A DNA stretch of 43,597 nt from a virus (Duplodnaviria > Heunggongvirae > Uroviricota > Caudoviricetes). The stretch is taken from IMG/VR virus record IMGVR_UViG_2711768020_000006; one strand, written 5' to 3'. A model generated the notes under the pieces. The model was not told the origin of the DNA. It saw nothing but the letters and a program-made list of their open reading frames with translations, and did not search any database. Below are positions 1 to 9,017 of the stretch, in pieces; the first letter of the stretch is position 1, and each line of letters starts with the position of its first letter. A program made the translations under genes and the position numbers.

Positions 1-100
1 CTGGGGAATATCTCCCCGGCAGCCTTCAGGGAAAAATATCATCAGATGGCTGCTTAAAAAAAGAACAAATGGTAGTGTCCGCTATTGCCAGTACACCTCA
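1..100. repeat. Left copy of a 100-bp perfect inverted repeat shared with 43498-43597; IS66-family 5' region including the first ~10 codons of tnpA
   Basis: Reverse complement of 43498-43597 matches 1-100 base for base; identity breaks at position 101. Confidence 0.9.
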
Positions 101-299
101 GCTATTACCTTCTTCAGAGAGCCCCCAGCTACTTCCTGTGACTCTCGATGCAGCTGCCGAACAGCCAGAATCGCTCGCAGAGGACCCGAAAACCCTCAGT
201 ATCAGCTGTGAGGTAACGTTCCGGCACGGGACGCTCCGCTTCAATGGCAATGTCAGCGAAAAGCTCCTGACTCTGCTGATACAGGAACTGAAGCGATGA
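69..299 (+). CDS. tnpA: IS66-family accessory protein TnpA (orfA)
   Basis: 76-aa ORF whose stop overlaps the tnpB start (ATGA); position and size fit IS66 orf1. Recognised from memory of the family. Confidence 0.6.
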   Translation: MVVSAIASTPQLLPSSESPQLLPVTLDAAAEQPESLAEDPKTLSISCEVTFRHGTLRFNGNVSEKLLTLLIQELKR

Positions 300-619
300 T
301 CCCGTTACCTTCCGGGATCAAAATTTGGCTGGTTGCCGGTATCACCGATATGAGAAATGGCTTCAACGGCCTGGCTGCGAAAGTACAGACGGCGCTGAAA
401 GACGATCCCATGTCCGGCCATGTTTTCATTTTCCGGGGCCGCAGCGGCAGTCAGGTTAAACTGCTGTGGTCCACCAGTGACGGACTGTGCCTCCTGACCA
501 AACGGCTGGAGCGTGGGCGCTTCGCCTGGCCGTCAGCCCGTGATGGCAAAGTGTTCCTTACACAGGCGCAGCTGGCGATGCTGCTGGAAGGTATCGACTG
601 GCGACATATAACCAGGTGA
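296..619 (+). CDS. tnpB: IS66-family TnpB (orfB)
   Basis: 107 aa; N-terminal IWLVAGITDMRNGFNGL and FIFRGRSG..KLLW motifs are typical of IS66 TnpB. The stop codon TGA (617-619) coincides with the proposed prophage left end, so the C-terminus may be altered. Confidence 0.75.
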   Translation: MIPLPSGIKIWLVAGITDMRNGFNGLAAKVQTALKDDPMSGHVFIFRGRSGSQVKLLWSTSDGLCLLTKRLERGRFAWPSARDGKVFLTQAQLAMLLEGIDWRHITR

Positions 620-788
620 ATCATTTGATACCGACAAGGGGTTTAGTGAAAGGAGGTGAAATCACCTGTAAGATACTGAAATAAAACAGGTGATGGCTAG
701 ATGTGCGGATAAGGTCTATTTGATACCGATTGTGCAATAATTAGTCATTTATTATAAAATCGGCAACTCATTTGATACTGTGGTTTTA
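617..788 (+). repeat. Prophage left end (attL-like): three transposase-binding-type repeats at 624-632, 719-727 and 771-778 (TTTGATAC core), plus a 9-bp inverted repeat ATCACCTGT/ACAGGTGAT (661-669 / 686-694)
   Basis: Motif seen directly; the spacing (one terminal site, two sites ~100-150 bp inside) mirrors Mu L1 versus L2/L3. Confidence 0.6.
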
Positions 789-852
789 GTCTTTTAAGGC
801 GTTCCAAACAATGCGAAATACTCGATATAGTGCAAAATGCGGGCTAATGCTA

Positions 853-1398
853 TTAACCCGCTTTTGGTTCTACCGCGTTAGATTTGCGACTTCTCTCAGT
901 TTCTTCCAAAATCTCTCTGACGCGTTCGTCAGACATACCTTCAAGCTGTAATGCAGCTATTCTTTTCCTTCCTTCTAAGCGGATTAGATCTTGATTTTCA
1001 GGCTCTAACAACCGAGCTAAGTACTTGGCTCCATTCAGAACCAAATTTTTCGATAGCTGCTCTAAGTCTTTTTCATCAAGTGCGCTGATAATCGTCATAA
1101 TTATCTTCTTGCTTTCATCTTGATTTTCCTTGATCTCACACCGATTCACTTGTGATGCATCACTGAATCCACATAGCCACTCAACACTTACTCCTTCGAT
1201 AGACGCAATCTGAAGGGCGACACTTAAGGATGGCTCAGTGCCACGAGACAGATAATTGTTTAGTGTTGAAAATGAAAGCCCCCAATCTCTTGCTGCAGCT
1301 CTGACGCTGCGGGAGCCAATCAGCCTTTTCAGACGCTCAGCAATGCTTTCTTTTCTACCACCAGGAAAAGAAAGAGATGTTGTTGTTTGCTTGTTCAT
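853..1398 (-). CDS. Prophage immunity repressor (Mu c analogue) with a Ner/XRE-like HTH
   Basis: Divergent from ner-A-B at the left end, as in Mu; HTH-like segment SVRAAARDWGLSFSTLNNYLSRG; AGGAAG Shine-Dalgarno 9 nt upstream of the ATG. Confidence 0.6.
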   Translation of the reverse strand: MNKQTTTSLSFPGGRKESIAERLKRLIGSRSVRAAARDWGLSFSTLNNYLSRGTEPSLSVALQIASIEGVSVEWLCGFSDASQVNRCEIKENQDESKKIIMTIISALDEKDLEQLSKNLVLNGAKYLARLLEPENQDLIRLEGRKRIAALQLEGMSDERVREILEETERSRKSNAVEPKAG

Positions 1399-1538
1399 TT
1401 TCTTTTCTTCCTATCAATTTGAAATTATTAACTTTTAGTGTTGTCAGCAACCATTGATCCACAATAGACAAAAGAAAGATGTTTTTTTTGCTTTACATGA
1501 AGCAGAAGTGGATCAATACTTATATCAAACTTGATAAC

Positions 1539-1562
1539 TAAGTTTAGTTATCAAATTTCGTA
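1539..1562. promoter_or_regulatory. Candidate operator: perfect 10-bp inverted repeat TTGATAACTA-agtt-TAGTTATCAA between the repressor and ner
   Basis: Dyad seen directly in the divergent c/ner intergenic region. Confidence 0.5.
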
Positions 1563-1583
1563 ACTTTTTAGGATAGATGAATC

Positions 1584-1814
1584 ATGGCGAGAAATGAAGT
1601 TAAGCCTGATTGGCATCCTCAAAGAATTTTGGGGGAAGTCAGAGCCAGAGAAGGAAGCATGAGGGCGCTGGCCCGTAAAGCTGGCGTGGGTCAGAACAAT
1701 CTGTACAACGCGGTATACCGCCATGTTCCCAAGTATGAGGGGATTATCGCGGAATGCCTGGGGGTGCCGCCCGAGGAGATTTGGCCCAGCCGCTACATTC
1801 GTAAGGTCGCGTAA
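1584..1814 (+). CDS. ner: Ner-like DNA-binding regulator
   Basis: 76 aa; resembles Mu Ner (WHP..., ...LARKAGVGQNNLYNAV..., C-terminal IWPSRY); sits immediately upstream of the transposase. Confidence 0.8.
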   Translation: MARNEVKPDWHPQRILGEVRAREGSMRALARKAGVGQNNLYNAVYRHVPKYEGIIAECLGVPPEEIWPSRYIRKVA

Positions 1815-1816
1815 TT

Positions 1817-3904
1817 ATGTTTGCTTCAGTTAAAGAACTGGTTGGATTACCGGGGATGCCGGGAACGGAGCAAGGCGTTCGCTATTCAATCAGGAAGTAT
1901 GCAACCAGCGAAACCAGCAGACGCCGCAAGAAAGGCGCTAAAGGTTTTGAATACAGCATTGACTGTTTACCTGAAGTGACACAGCAGGCATTACGCGAAC
2001 GTTATGCCCTGCAACTGATGACGCAAAAAGCCGATGAATCACCGGCTCCGGTGGTGACAAAGGCCAGACGCTCGTCTGCCGTGGTTGATGCGGTGGAGGC
2101 ATATCGCGGATCACCACAACTGATGGTCGAACGCCTCAATGCCCTGACTGAAAACCAGCGCCAGGTGGCAGACGCACGCATTGCGATCGTCAGTGAGGTG
2201 CTGAAATTCACGCAACAACCCGGTTTCAGCTGCGCTAAAGCTATCCGGTTCCTCGTTAACAGCCTGGCACGATCACAACTGGACGAGCGCATTGTGGCAA
2301 TGGTTGAGACGGCGAACGCCAAAAAGGGAAACAGCCGCGCGTTGAGTGAAATCACGCTGAAACGCTGGATTGCGGCCTTTAACAAGGCACAGAACGCCGC
2401 TGAACGCCTGCTTTTACTGGCACCGGGTAAACGCCAGGAAATAAAAGCCGAAGATATTAACTGGCTGCCCGAATTTCTGGCGCAGTATCGCCAGTCAAAC
2501 GGCCGACCAATGACCGAGGCTTACGAGGATTTTGTTGCTGAATGGCAGCACCGGCACGCTGATGAGCCTTATATGCTCGATATCATGCCCTCTTATGACA
2601 CCATTCGCCGCGCAATGAAGAAACTGCCGGAAGTGGTGAAACAAAAAGGCCGGGTAACTGGCAGTGAATACCGTCAGCTTGAGGGATTCACGCGCCGCGA
2701 CTGGTCCAGAATGCCGGTGAATTATGTCTGGATTGGTGACGGTCACGGCATGAAGCTGAAATGCGCGCACCCGGTTCACGGGCGGCCATTCGCACCGGAA
2801 GTGACCTTTGTTATCGACGGTGGCACGCGCTTTGTGGTGGGCTGGAGCCTTGACCTGGCTGAAAATGTTTTCGCCGTAGCCGGTGCCATACAGCACGGTA
2901 TTCGCCATCATGGCAAACCGTTTCTGTATTACTCGGATAATGGCTCCGGGGAAACCGCCGACGTCCTGGATAAGGAGATTGTGGGGATACTGCCACGACT
3001 GGGGATTAATCACCCGACAGGGATTGCCGGTAATCCGCAGGGACGGGGCATTATCGAACGGCTTAACCGCACATTACCGATGCGCATAGCCCGTAAATAC
3101 CGCACCTATTTCGGGAAAGGAGCAGATCGCGAGACGTTACGTAAAACCAACCGCGATTTACGCTCGGCATTCAGTGCCCTGCAACAGGGCAAACGGCTGA
3201 ACGCCCGGCAGCAGTCAGCGATGCGTGATTTACCGTCCTGGTCTGAACTGATTGATGCCATTCGTGACGGTGTTGAGTGGTACAACAACCGGCCGCACGA
3301 TGAATTACCCATGAAGCCGAACGGTAAACATTACAGCCCGGCGGAGTTCAGAAAAAAACGCCTGGCGGAAGAGGACACGGAAATTGAATGGCTGTCCGAT
3401 GTTGAACTGCGGGATATGTTCCGGCCGATGGTGGAGCGCCCTGTAAGACGCTGTGAAATACGCTGGCTGAATAATATTTACTACGCGCCCGAGCTGCGTG
3501 ACGAGCATGGCCGTAAGGTACTTATCAGCTATGACATTCATGATGCCGAACGAATTACCGTGCGCCGCCCGGATGGCAGCGTGATTTGCGAGGCGGTATG
3601 GGACGGCAATAAACGCGAAGCCTTCCCTGTCAGCGCGGAATACTACAAACAGCAGCAGCGCCTTAAAGGCATGCGTAAACGCGCAGAGGAAAAAATCCGT
3701 GATGCCGAGGATGAGGTTGTCAACGTGCTGGAGCACAAGCCGCAGGAGCCCTGGCTGGAAAACATATACCGCCCTGTGGGTAATACGGTGACCGTTCAGC
3801 AACCGGTCGCTGACGATGAACCTGATGAAGAATACGAGCGTAATTTCCAGCGGGGATTGCAACTGCTCGAAGCGAAATTAAAAGAAAGTGATCCGCTGGC
3901 CTGA
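1817..3904 (+). CDS. A: Mu-type DDE transposase A
   Basis: 695 aa; N-terminal GLPGMPGTEQGVRY enhancer-binding-type motif; candidate DDE residues in VWIGDGHG, YYSDNGSGE and GIIERLN; position after ner. Confidence 0.9.
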   Translation: MFASVKELVGLPGMPGTEQGVRYSIRKYATSETSRRRKKGAKGFEYSIDCLPEVTQQALRERYALQLMTQKADESPAPVVTKARRSSAVVDAVEAYRGSPQLMVERLNALTENQRQVADARIAIVSEVLKFTQQPGFSCAKAIRFLVNSLARSQLDERIVAMVETANAKKGNSRALSEITLKRWIAAFNKAQNAAERLLLLAPGKRQEIKAEDINWLPEFLAQYRQSNGRPMTEAYEDFVAEWQHRHADEPYMLDIMPSYDTIRRAMKKLPEVVKQKGRVTGSEYRQLEGFTRRDWSRMPVNYVWIGDGHGMKLKCAHPVHGRPFAPEVTFVIDGGTRFVVGWSLDLAENVFAVAGAIQHGIRHHGKPFLYYSDNGSGETADVLDKEIVGILPRLGINHPTGIAGNPQGRGIIERLNRTLPMRIARKYRTYFGKGADRETLRKTNRDLRSAFSALQQGKRLNARQQSAMRDLPSWSELIDAIRDGVEWYNNRPHDELPMKPNGKHYSPAEFRKKRLAEEDTEIEWLSDVELRDMFRPMVERPVRRCEIRWLNNIYYAPELRDEHGRKVLISYDIHDAERITVRRPDGSVICEAVWDGNKREAFPVSAEYYKQQQRLKGMRKRAEEKIRDAEDEVVNVLEHKPQEPWLENIYRPVGNTVTVQQPVADDEPDEEYERNFQRGLQLLEAKLKESDPLA

Positions 3905-3977
3905 AATAAAAAAATAACCCGAGGGGTGACTCAGGTTATTTGAGGTTTCAGTCTCGGAGAATGCTGTCTCAAGCGAG

Positions 3978-4919
3978 GTGAATAATATGACCGATATTAA
4001 CGATGTAATCAAGACCATTGATGAACTTATTGATGGCGGCGTACTGACGCAGTATGCCATCGCCAGAGAGGCGGGAATTTCCGACGGCACATTATCGGCT
4101 TTCCGTAAGGGAAAATATAAAGGCGATAACGCTGCTGTGGCTGCTTCCCTGCGCTCCTGGTATGAGAACTGGAATAAACAAAGCGCACTGCCGGAACCGC
4201 CGCAGTTTGTGGAAACTCAGACAGTCCAGGAGCTGCGCGCACTGTTTCAGGCGGTTCGCCTGATGGGCTGTATTAACGTTATTGTGGGCGTACCGGGTGT
4301 GGGTAAAACGGCCACTGCCCGTAATTACTGCCAGGAGCAACCAAACACCTGGATGATCACCCTGTCACCCGCGCACTCCAGCGTCACGGAGTGTCTGCTG
4401 GAGCTGGCCGATGCGCTGGGGATTGATTACACCCGCGCGAACAAAGGGGCATTATCCCGCGCCATCCGCCGTCGCCTGATGGGAACGCGTGGACTGGTGA
4501 TTGTGGATGAGGCGGATCATCTTGGTATTGACGGTCTGGAGCAACTCCGGGCAATTCAGGACGCCACGGGGATCGGGATGGTGCTTATTGGTAACCCGCG
4601 CGGATTGTTTAAAGGTGGACGCCGCGCCTTTGATGATTTATCGCGCCTGTTCAGCCGTCTTGCCCGTACAAAACAACTTCGCAAGGCCAAAAAGGCGGAT
4701 GTGCTGGCCATTGCCATGGCGTGGGGGATCAGTGGTGAGGCCGAGCTGGCCGTCATGCAGGCTATCGCTGAAAAGCCGGGAGCGTTACGCGTTCTGACAC
4801 ATACGCTTAACCAGGCGTGGCTCACCGCCAGCGGTGAAGGCGCGGCGCTGACAGAAAAACATATTAATGCGGCCTTTAAAGAGGTTTATACCAACCCTGA
4901 ATTACTCTCACAGGTGTGA
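3978..4919 (+). CDS. B: Mu B-type transposition ATPase (AAA+ target DNA activator)
   Basis: 313 aa; Walker A GVPGVGKT and Walker B LVIVDEADHL; N-terminal HTH; follows A. Confidence 0.9.
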   Translation: MNNMTDINDVIKTIDELIDGGVLTQYAIAREAGISDGTLSAFRKGKYKGDNAAVAASLRSWYENWNKQSALPEPPQFVETQTVQELRALFQAVRLMGCINVIVGVPGVGKTATARNYCQEQPNTWMITLSPAHSSVTECLLELADALGIDYTRANKGALSRAIRRRLMGTRGLVIVDEADHLGIDGLEQLRAIQDATGIGMVLIGNPRGLFKGGRRAFDDLSRLFSRLARTKQLRKAKKADVLAIAMAWGISGEAELAVMQAIAEKPGALRVLTHTLNQAWLTASGEGAALTEKHINAAFKEVYTNPELLSQV

Positions 4920-4921
4920 TT

Positions 4922-5143
4922 ATGGCGGTATTTAATATTCCTGATATTTACGGACGCTTTTACCTGGTTAATTTCGATAACGTGAAGGTGATTTCACTGG
5001 CCGAAAATAAAGAATGTGGCGATTTACTTTTTGAATTTAATGACCGCACACGAATGGTGATATCTGCCGGACTTGATCGCGAAGGTGCGACAGAAGTTTA
5101 CAGCGGAATATGCCGTTCTGTTGGTGCGAAACAAGTCAGCTAA
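4922..5143 (+). CDS. Hypothetical early protein
   Basis: ORF with AGGTG Shine-Dalgarno; ATG chosen over the tracker's GTG at 4916. Confidence 0.4.
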   Translation: MAVFNIPDIYGRFYLVNFDNVKVISLAENKECGDLLFEFNDRTRMVISAGLDREGATEVYSGICRSVGAKQVS

Positions 5144-5155
5144 ATGAGGTGTTAT

Positions 5156-5410
5156 ATGAATATGCAATCCTGCGGTAACAAAATGAATTTATTCGACTCC
5201 CTGAACAGCGCGCGCCGTCTGACCGAACTTGCCGGTGCGGTACTGGAACGCAGTAAGCGCTATCCGCAACGTTTTGCACTGAAAACCACGCCGCCGGTAG
5301 GCAACGTGCAGGGAACCGGTGAAATTGAAATCACCATACAGACCAACGGCCTGCGCCGCCGTGTGAAGGCCACCCGCATCAGCGGCTGCACGGTTTACTG
5401 GGAGGTGTGA
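5156..5410 (+). CDS. Hypothetical early protein
   Basis: ORF; GAGGT Shine-Dalgarno 5 nt upstream of the ATG at 5156. Confidence 0.4.
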   Translation: MNMQSCGNKMNLFDSLNSARRLTELAGAVLERSKRYPQRFALKTTPPVGNVQGTGEIEITIQTNGLRRRVKATRISGCTVYWEV

Positions 5411-5411
5411 G

Positions 5412-5693
5412 GTGAAAAAAAATCTCATTGCATGGGCGTGGTCGAGTGGTCTTATTGAGTTTGGTTACGTCCTGCCGGAAGGTGCATTGCCGATAGTTGC
5501 CGGAAAGCCTGCCACGGTACGGCATGTGATTGAGGTTATGGCGCGTCATGGACGTGATGAACAGGAGCAGTTACTGGTTCCGGGGATACCGGAAGCGGTG
5601 ACGGAGGAAGAAGCCTTTAATGCCATGATTCGGTTCTGCCGTGAGGTTAGACGCCGGGTCAGTTATCCAAACAGAACGAGGACCAGAGGATGA
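5412..5693 (+). CDS. Hypothetical early protein (GTG start)
   Basis: ORF abutting the previous stop; GGAGGTG Shine-Dalgarno. Confidence 0.4.
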   Translation: MKKNLIAWAWSSGLIEFGYVLPEGALPIVAGKPATVRHVIEVMARHGRDEQEQLLVPGIPEAVTEEEAFNAMIRFCREVRRRVSYPNRTRTRG

Positions 5694-5962
5694 GTAAAGT
5701 CGTACGCATTATTTTCGAATACAAGGAAGATGTTATCTGCAAAAACTCTGATGGCAGCACGCACAGAGGGGTAAGTCTGGATATACGTTCAACCGGAATA
5801 AAGAAGAAAGATAATGGACCCGCCATGATTTTTGGGGTGGTTATGCTGGCAGAAAGCAGAAACTTCGCAGAGTTTGTGGCAATGAAAGCCAGTGCATTCA
5901 TGAAAGACAGAGGCATGGCTTCCGGGGTTATTAACGGTAATGAATTTAATCAACAGGGGTAA
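5690..5962 (+). CDS. Hypothetical early protein, N-terminus MSKVVRIIFEY (paralogue of the next gene)
   Basis: ORF with AGAGGA Shine-Dalgarno; shares its N-terminal motif with 5967-6260. Confidence 0.45.
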   Translation: MSKVVRIIFEYKEDVICKNSDGSTHRGVSLDIRSTGIKKKDNGPAMIFGVVMLAESRNFAEFVAMKASAFMKDRGMASGVINGNEFNQQG

Positions 5963-5966
5963 TTCC

Positions 5967-6260
5967 ATGAGCAAAGTACGCGTTATTTTTGAATTTAATC
6001 ATGTTTCGCATGACGAAAAGTTGGCAGGCAATGACTGTGTTGAAGTGCATGAAAAGATTGGAGTGGATGTGAAAACAGAACGTGATACGGATAACAGGCC
6101 GACGTCACTCTGTGACGTTTATGCAAGTATTCTCCAGTATCACAGTCCTGCAATTATTCAGTTTCTCTCAGCGGAATTTCAGGCATCTGCACAGTCTTTT
6201 GGAGCGGATGCCATCATTAAACGCCACCGCGTGCATAAAGCATCAGGCACACTGCAATAA
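5967..6260 (+). CDS. Hypothetical early protein, N-terminus MSKVRVIFEF
   Basis: ORF; internal ATG with AGGGG Shine-Dalgarno preferred over the tracker start at 5940. Confidence 0.45.
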   Translation: MSKVRVIFEFNHVSHDEKLAGNDCVEVHEKIGVDVKTERDTDNRPTSLCDVYASILQYHSPAIIQFLSAEFQASAQSFGADAIIKRHRVHKASGTLQ

Positions 6261-6271
6261 GGAAAAACAAA

Positions 6272-6802
6272 ATGGCTAAACGCGTTACAAAATTAAAGGC
6301 CGCAGCCGAGGCGGCACCGCAGACCCGGGAAGAAGTCAGCCGTGATATCCGCACCCTGGGAGATATTCAGCGAGAGGCGCTGCGCCTGGAAACGGCGATG
6401 AATGACGAAGTGGCAGAAATCACCGCCCGTTATACGCCGCAGATTGAAAATCTTAAAAAGCAAATCAAAGTGCTTTTTAAAGGGATTCAGGACTGGTGCA
6501 AAACCAACCGTGATGAGCTGACGAACGGCGGCAAAACCAAAACAGCCAATCTGACCACCGGAACGGTGTCATGGCGGCTGGGAACGCCATCATGCAGCGT
6601 CAGCCGTGATGTGGAAGGTGTGATTGAAATGCTGCGCCGTATGGGGCTTGAGCGTTTCATCCGCACGAAAGAGGAAGTGAACAAGGAAGCCGTCCTGGCG
6701 GAGCCGGATGCTGTGAAAGGCATTGCCGGTATCAAGGTGAATAAAGGCGCTGAAAGTTTTTATGTCGAGCCTTTTGAACAGGACGCCGGACTGAATAAAT
6801 AA
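6272..6802 (+). CDS. gam: Gam host-nuclease inhibitor (Ku-like DNA-end-binding protein)
   Basis: 176 aa; strong resemblance to Mu Gam (RLETAMNDEVAEIT, CKTNRDELTNGGKTKTANL, ERFIRTKEEVNKEA). Confidence 0.88.
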   Translation: MAKRVTKLKAAAEAAPQTREEVSRDIRTLGDIQREALRLETAMNDEVAEITARYTPQIENLKKQIKVLFKGIQDWCKTNRDELTNGGKTKTANLTTGTVSWRLGTPSCSVSRDVEGVIEMLRRMGLERFIRTKEEVNKEAVLAEPDAVKGIAGIKVNKGAESFYVEPFEQDAGLNK

Positions 6803-6947
6803 CACCGCATTAATCAATTAAATATCACTTCATTTTAATTATGGCGCTCGCGTCAGGGGACTGCTTGCGCCTGAAAACAGAAAATAAGGGTTAAGAAATA
6901 TGAAATACGTTTATATCGTCATTAATAATGTGGTGGGGAAATAAATC

Positions 6948-7481
6948 ATGATTGATGCAAAAGTGCTTGAAGGGGTTAAAAACTGGCTGTGTATTTATGG
7001 CCGCCTGACCTGCGGTGTACTGGCTGAAAAAATGAATATGCCGCCATCCTCCATGGTTTATTTTCTGCGTGATGCGGTTGATGCAGGCGTGCTGACGGAA
7101 TGTAACGGTTTTTATGATATTCCGCGTCCCCGCCCGGTGCAGCCGGTTCGTCGCAAATGCAGCCAGGAATCTGCGGCTGATGATGTTCAGTGGTGCGGCT
7201 TCAGAAAATCCCTGCCATGGATTGAGGGGCATGATATTCCGTCGATGGCGTGGGAATTTGCTCAGGGCGTTCTGACCTGTGAAACCGTTTATGTGGTGGC
7301 TGAAGTTGATGAGCAGGCCATGAAAGAAGGCGTGCCCCAGTTTGTGATGGCGTATATCGACATACGCCTGGGCGTCATTATCTGCGGTTTAAGCGGCTGG
7401 AATATCACTGAACATGTTCTGCGCTACCTGATTGTTGACCGGACAGCAGCGCCTGCCGGGATATCTGCGGAGGTGGCGTAA
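6948..7481 (+). CDS. Hypothetical early protein (possible N-terminal winged helix)
   Basis: ORF with Shine-Dalgarno; translationally coupled to the next gene. Confidence 0.4.
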   Translation: MIDAKVLEGVKNWLCIYGRLTCGVLAEKMNMPPSSMVYFLRDAVDAGVLTECNGFYDIPRPRPVQPVRRKCSQESAADDVQWCGFRKSLPWIEGHDIPSMAWEFAQGVLTCETVYVVAEVDEQAMKEGVPQFVMAYIDIRLGVIICGLSGWNITEHVLRYLIVDRTAAPAGISAEVA

Positions 7482-7996
7482 TGTTCTTTAAAACATCAAA
7501 CCCTTCCGCGCTGGCTGCGTGGCAAAAATACCAGCAGGACTGCCAGAAAGTTAAGGATGAGGCAAAACGCCTTGAGGCCGTGCTGAATGTTGCGTGCCGG
7601 TCGGTATTTGTATCCGGTATCAGTGGATTTTACTTTAAGGGACTGCGTTTTACGGAGGACAAATATCCTTTTCATCGCGACTTATGGCGAAAACCGACTG
7701 CGTCGAATGGCTGGAGCTGCACACCGCGCACATCACGTATCCCTAAAACCCTGCGTGTTGCCTCTGATGAACTGAACAGTCTGTGGCGTGAATATTCGCC
7801 CGTCACGTATGCCAGAACCGATGCGCTGTTGTTCTGGTTGGGTATTGATTTCTCGGCAATCCTGTTTGGCCCTGTGAAGTGGTTCTGCGTTGACGATGTG
7901 ATTTACCTTCAGTGCGGCGTAAAACCCGCAAAACAGAAAATGACCGAAATACTGTCTGATGAGTTTTATGCTGCTGAAAAGCGAGTCAGGGGGTGA
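7481..7996 (+). CDS. Hypothetical early protein
   Basis: ORF; ATG overlaps the upstream stop. Confidence 0.4.
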   Translation: MFFKTSNPSALAAWQKYQQDCQKVKDEAKRLEAVLNVACRSVFVSGISGFYFKGLRFTEDKYPFHRDLWRKPTASNGWSCTPRTSRIPKTLRVASDELNSLWREYSPVTYARTDALLFWLGIDFSAILFGPVKWFCVDDVIYLQCGVKPAKQKMTEILSDEFYAAEKRVRG

Positions 7997-7999
7997 TGC

Positions 8000-8551
8000 A
8001 TGATGAAATTACAACCCATGGGACTAAAAGGTCGCGCCCCCGCTCATGTCCGTCCGTGGACACCTGAAGAAGATGCGCTGCTGATTGCGCTTTATTCATC
8101 CACCCCGGTTAAGGATATTGCTGCCAGAATAAAAAGAACTGTCTGGGCTGTATATAACCGGACTGGTGTATTGCGCAGTTCATACCCGGAGTTACTGAAA
8201 TATAAACACCCAAGATTTACACCTGATGAAGATAAGTTTATTCGAAAAAATGCCAGAACAATGACCTGCCAGCAAATGGGAGAATATCTCGGACGTAATA
8301 AAGATTCTGTCAGATGTCGGGCAGGAATGATTGGTGCTGGATTAACAAAGTGCGGAGAGTTACGCCCCGGCACGCGCATATCTGATGATGATGTACGTCT
8401 TATACGTGAGCTGCGTGATTCCGATTACCCACGCCGTCTGTCATTCCGGGAAATTGGCGAAAAGTTTGGAATATCTGAACATTCTGCTCACGCAGTTTAT
8501 TACCGTCGCCGGACTGCCGAGGACGCTGTATTACGGGAGTTAACGCCATGA
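8000..8551 (+). CDS. Hypothetical DNA-binding protein with two Myb/SANT-like repeats and a C-terminal HTH
   Basis: Repeats WTPEEDALLIALY...W and FTPDEDKFIRKNA... seen directly; C-terminal LSFREIGEKFGISEHS looks like an HTH. Confidence 0.45.
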   Translation: MMKLQPMGLKGRAPAHVRPWTPEEDALLIALYSSTPVKDIAARIKRTVWAVYNRTGVLRSSYPELLKYKHPRFTPDEDKFIRKNARTMTCQQMGEYLGRNKDSVRCRAGMIGAGLTKCGELRPGTRISDDDVRLIRELRDSDYPRRLSFREIGEKFGISEHSAHAVYYRRRTAEDAVLRELTP

Positions 8552-8880
8552 TAACGACCTTATTTGTTGAATCAGATGAACCTCTTGTGTGTGCCGCCGG
8601 AATGCCGCTCTGTGGCGGAACGCTGACCGGCGTTTATTTCGGGGATTTGCGCGGTTATCCCTGGCATTCACTGGATGACGCATTTCCGCCTGATATGGAG
8701 GCTGTCGTGCTGATTGTTCAGTATGGTGACCAACAGGAACTGCGCATCGGCCATATGGGGTATGAAGGCTTTTTTATTGATGAAGAAACCGGAGCCTGCC
8801 TTGAAGATGAGGACGGACAGGTGACGCACTGGTGCCATCTTTCGGCCTTGCCGGAATTACAGGGGATACATAATGGATGA
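8548..8880 (+). CDS. Hypothetical early protein
   Basis: ORF coupled (ATGA) to the upstream gene. Confidence 0.4.
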   Translation: MITTLFVESDEPLVCAAGMPLCGGTLTGVYFGDLRGYPWHSLDDAFPPDMEAVVLIVQYGDQQELRIGHMGYEGFFIDEETGACLEDEDGQVTHWCHLSALPELQGIHNG

Positions 8881-9016
8881 GCAAATTGTTGAATGTCCCA
8901 CCTGTGGAAATGAGGACCCGGAGTATCTGAAAGAGTGCCCACATTGTGGTGAGATAAAATGTAACCACTGCGATATGGGCGACGACACTGCATGTATAAA
9001 TTGTGAGGATGAATAA
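8873..9016 (+). CDS. Small zinc-ribbon protein (47 aa, four Cys pairs: CPTC, CPHC, CNHC, CINC)
   Basis: Translated by eye; absent from the ORF track because it is under 60 aa. Confidence 0.45.
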   Translation: MDEQIVECPTCGNEDPEYLKECPHCGEIKCNHCDMGDDTACINCEDE

Positions 9017-9017
9017 T

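Larger units (their letters stand above)
1..616 (+). mobile_element. IS66-family insertion sequence, 5' portion (tnpA-tnpB), interrupted after tnpB by the Mu-like prophage
   Basis: Two small overlapping ORFs with typical IS66 orfA/orfB character; the matching tnpC C-terminal fragment reappears at 39330-39788. The IS left terminus itself is not in the window. Confidence 0.6.

Noticed and set aside
2002-3862. Reverse-strand ORFs inside the transposase gene (2002-2385, 2495-3013, 3305-3862)
   Set aside because: Antisense to a confidently identified, conserved coding region; no Shine-Dalgarno or recognisable domain.
6900-6944. 14-codon ORF (MKYVYIVINNVVGK) upstream of 6948
   Set aside because: Too short and without supporting signals; probably chance.
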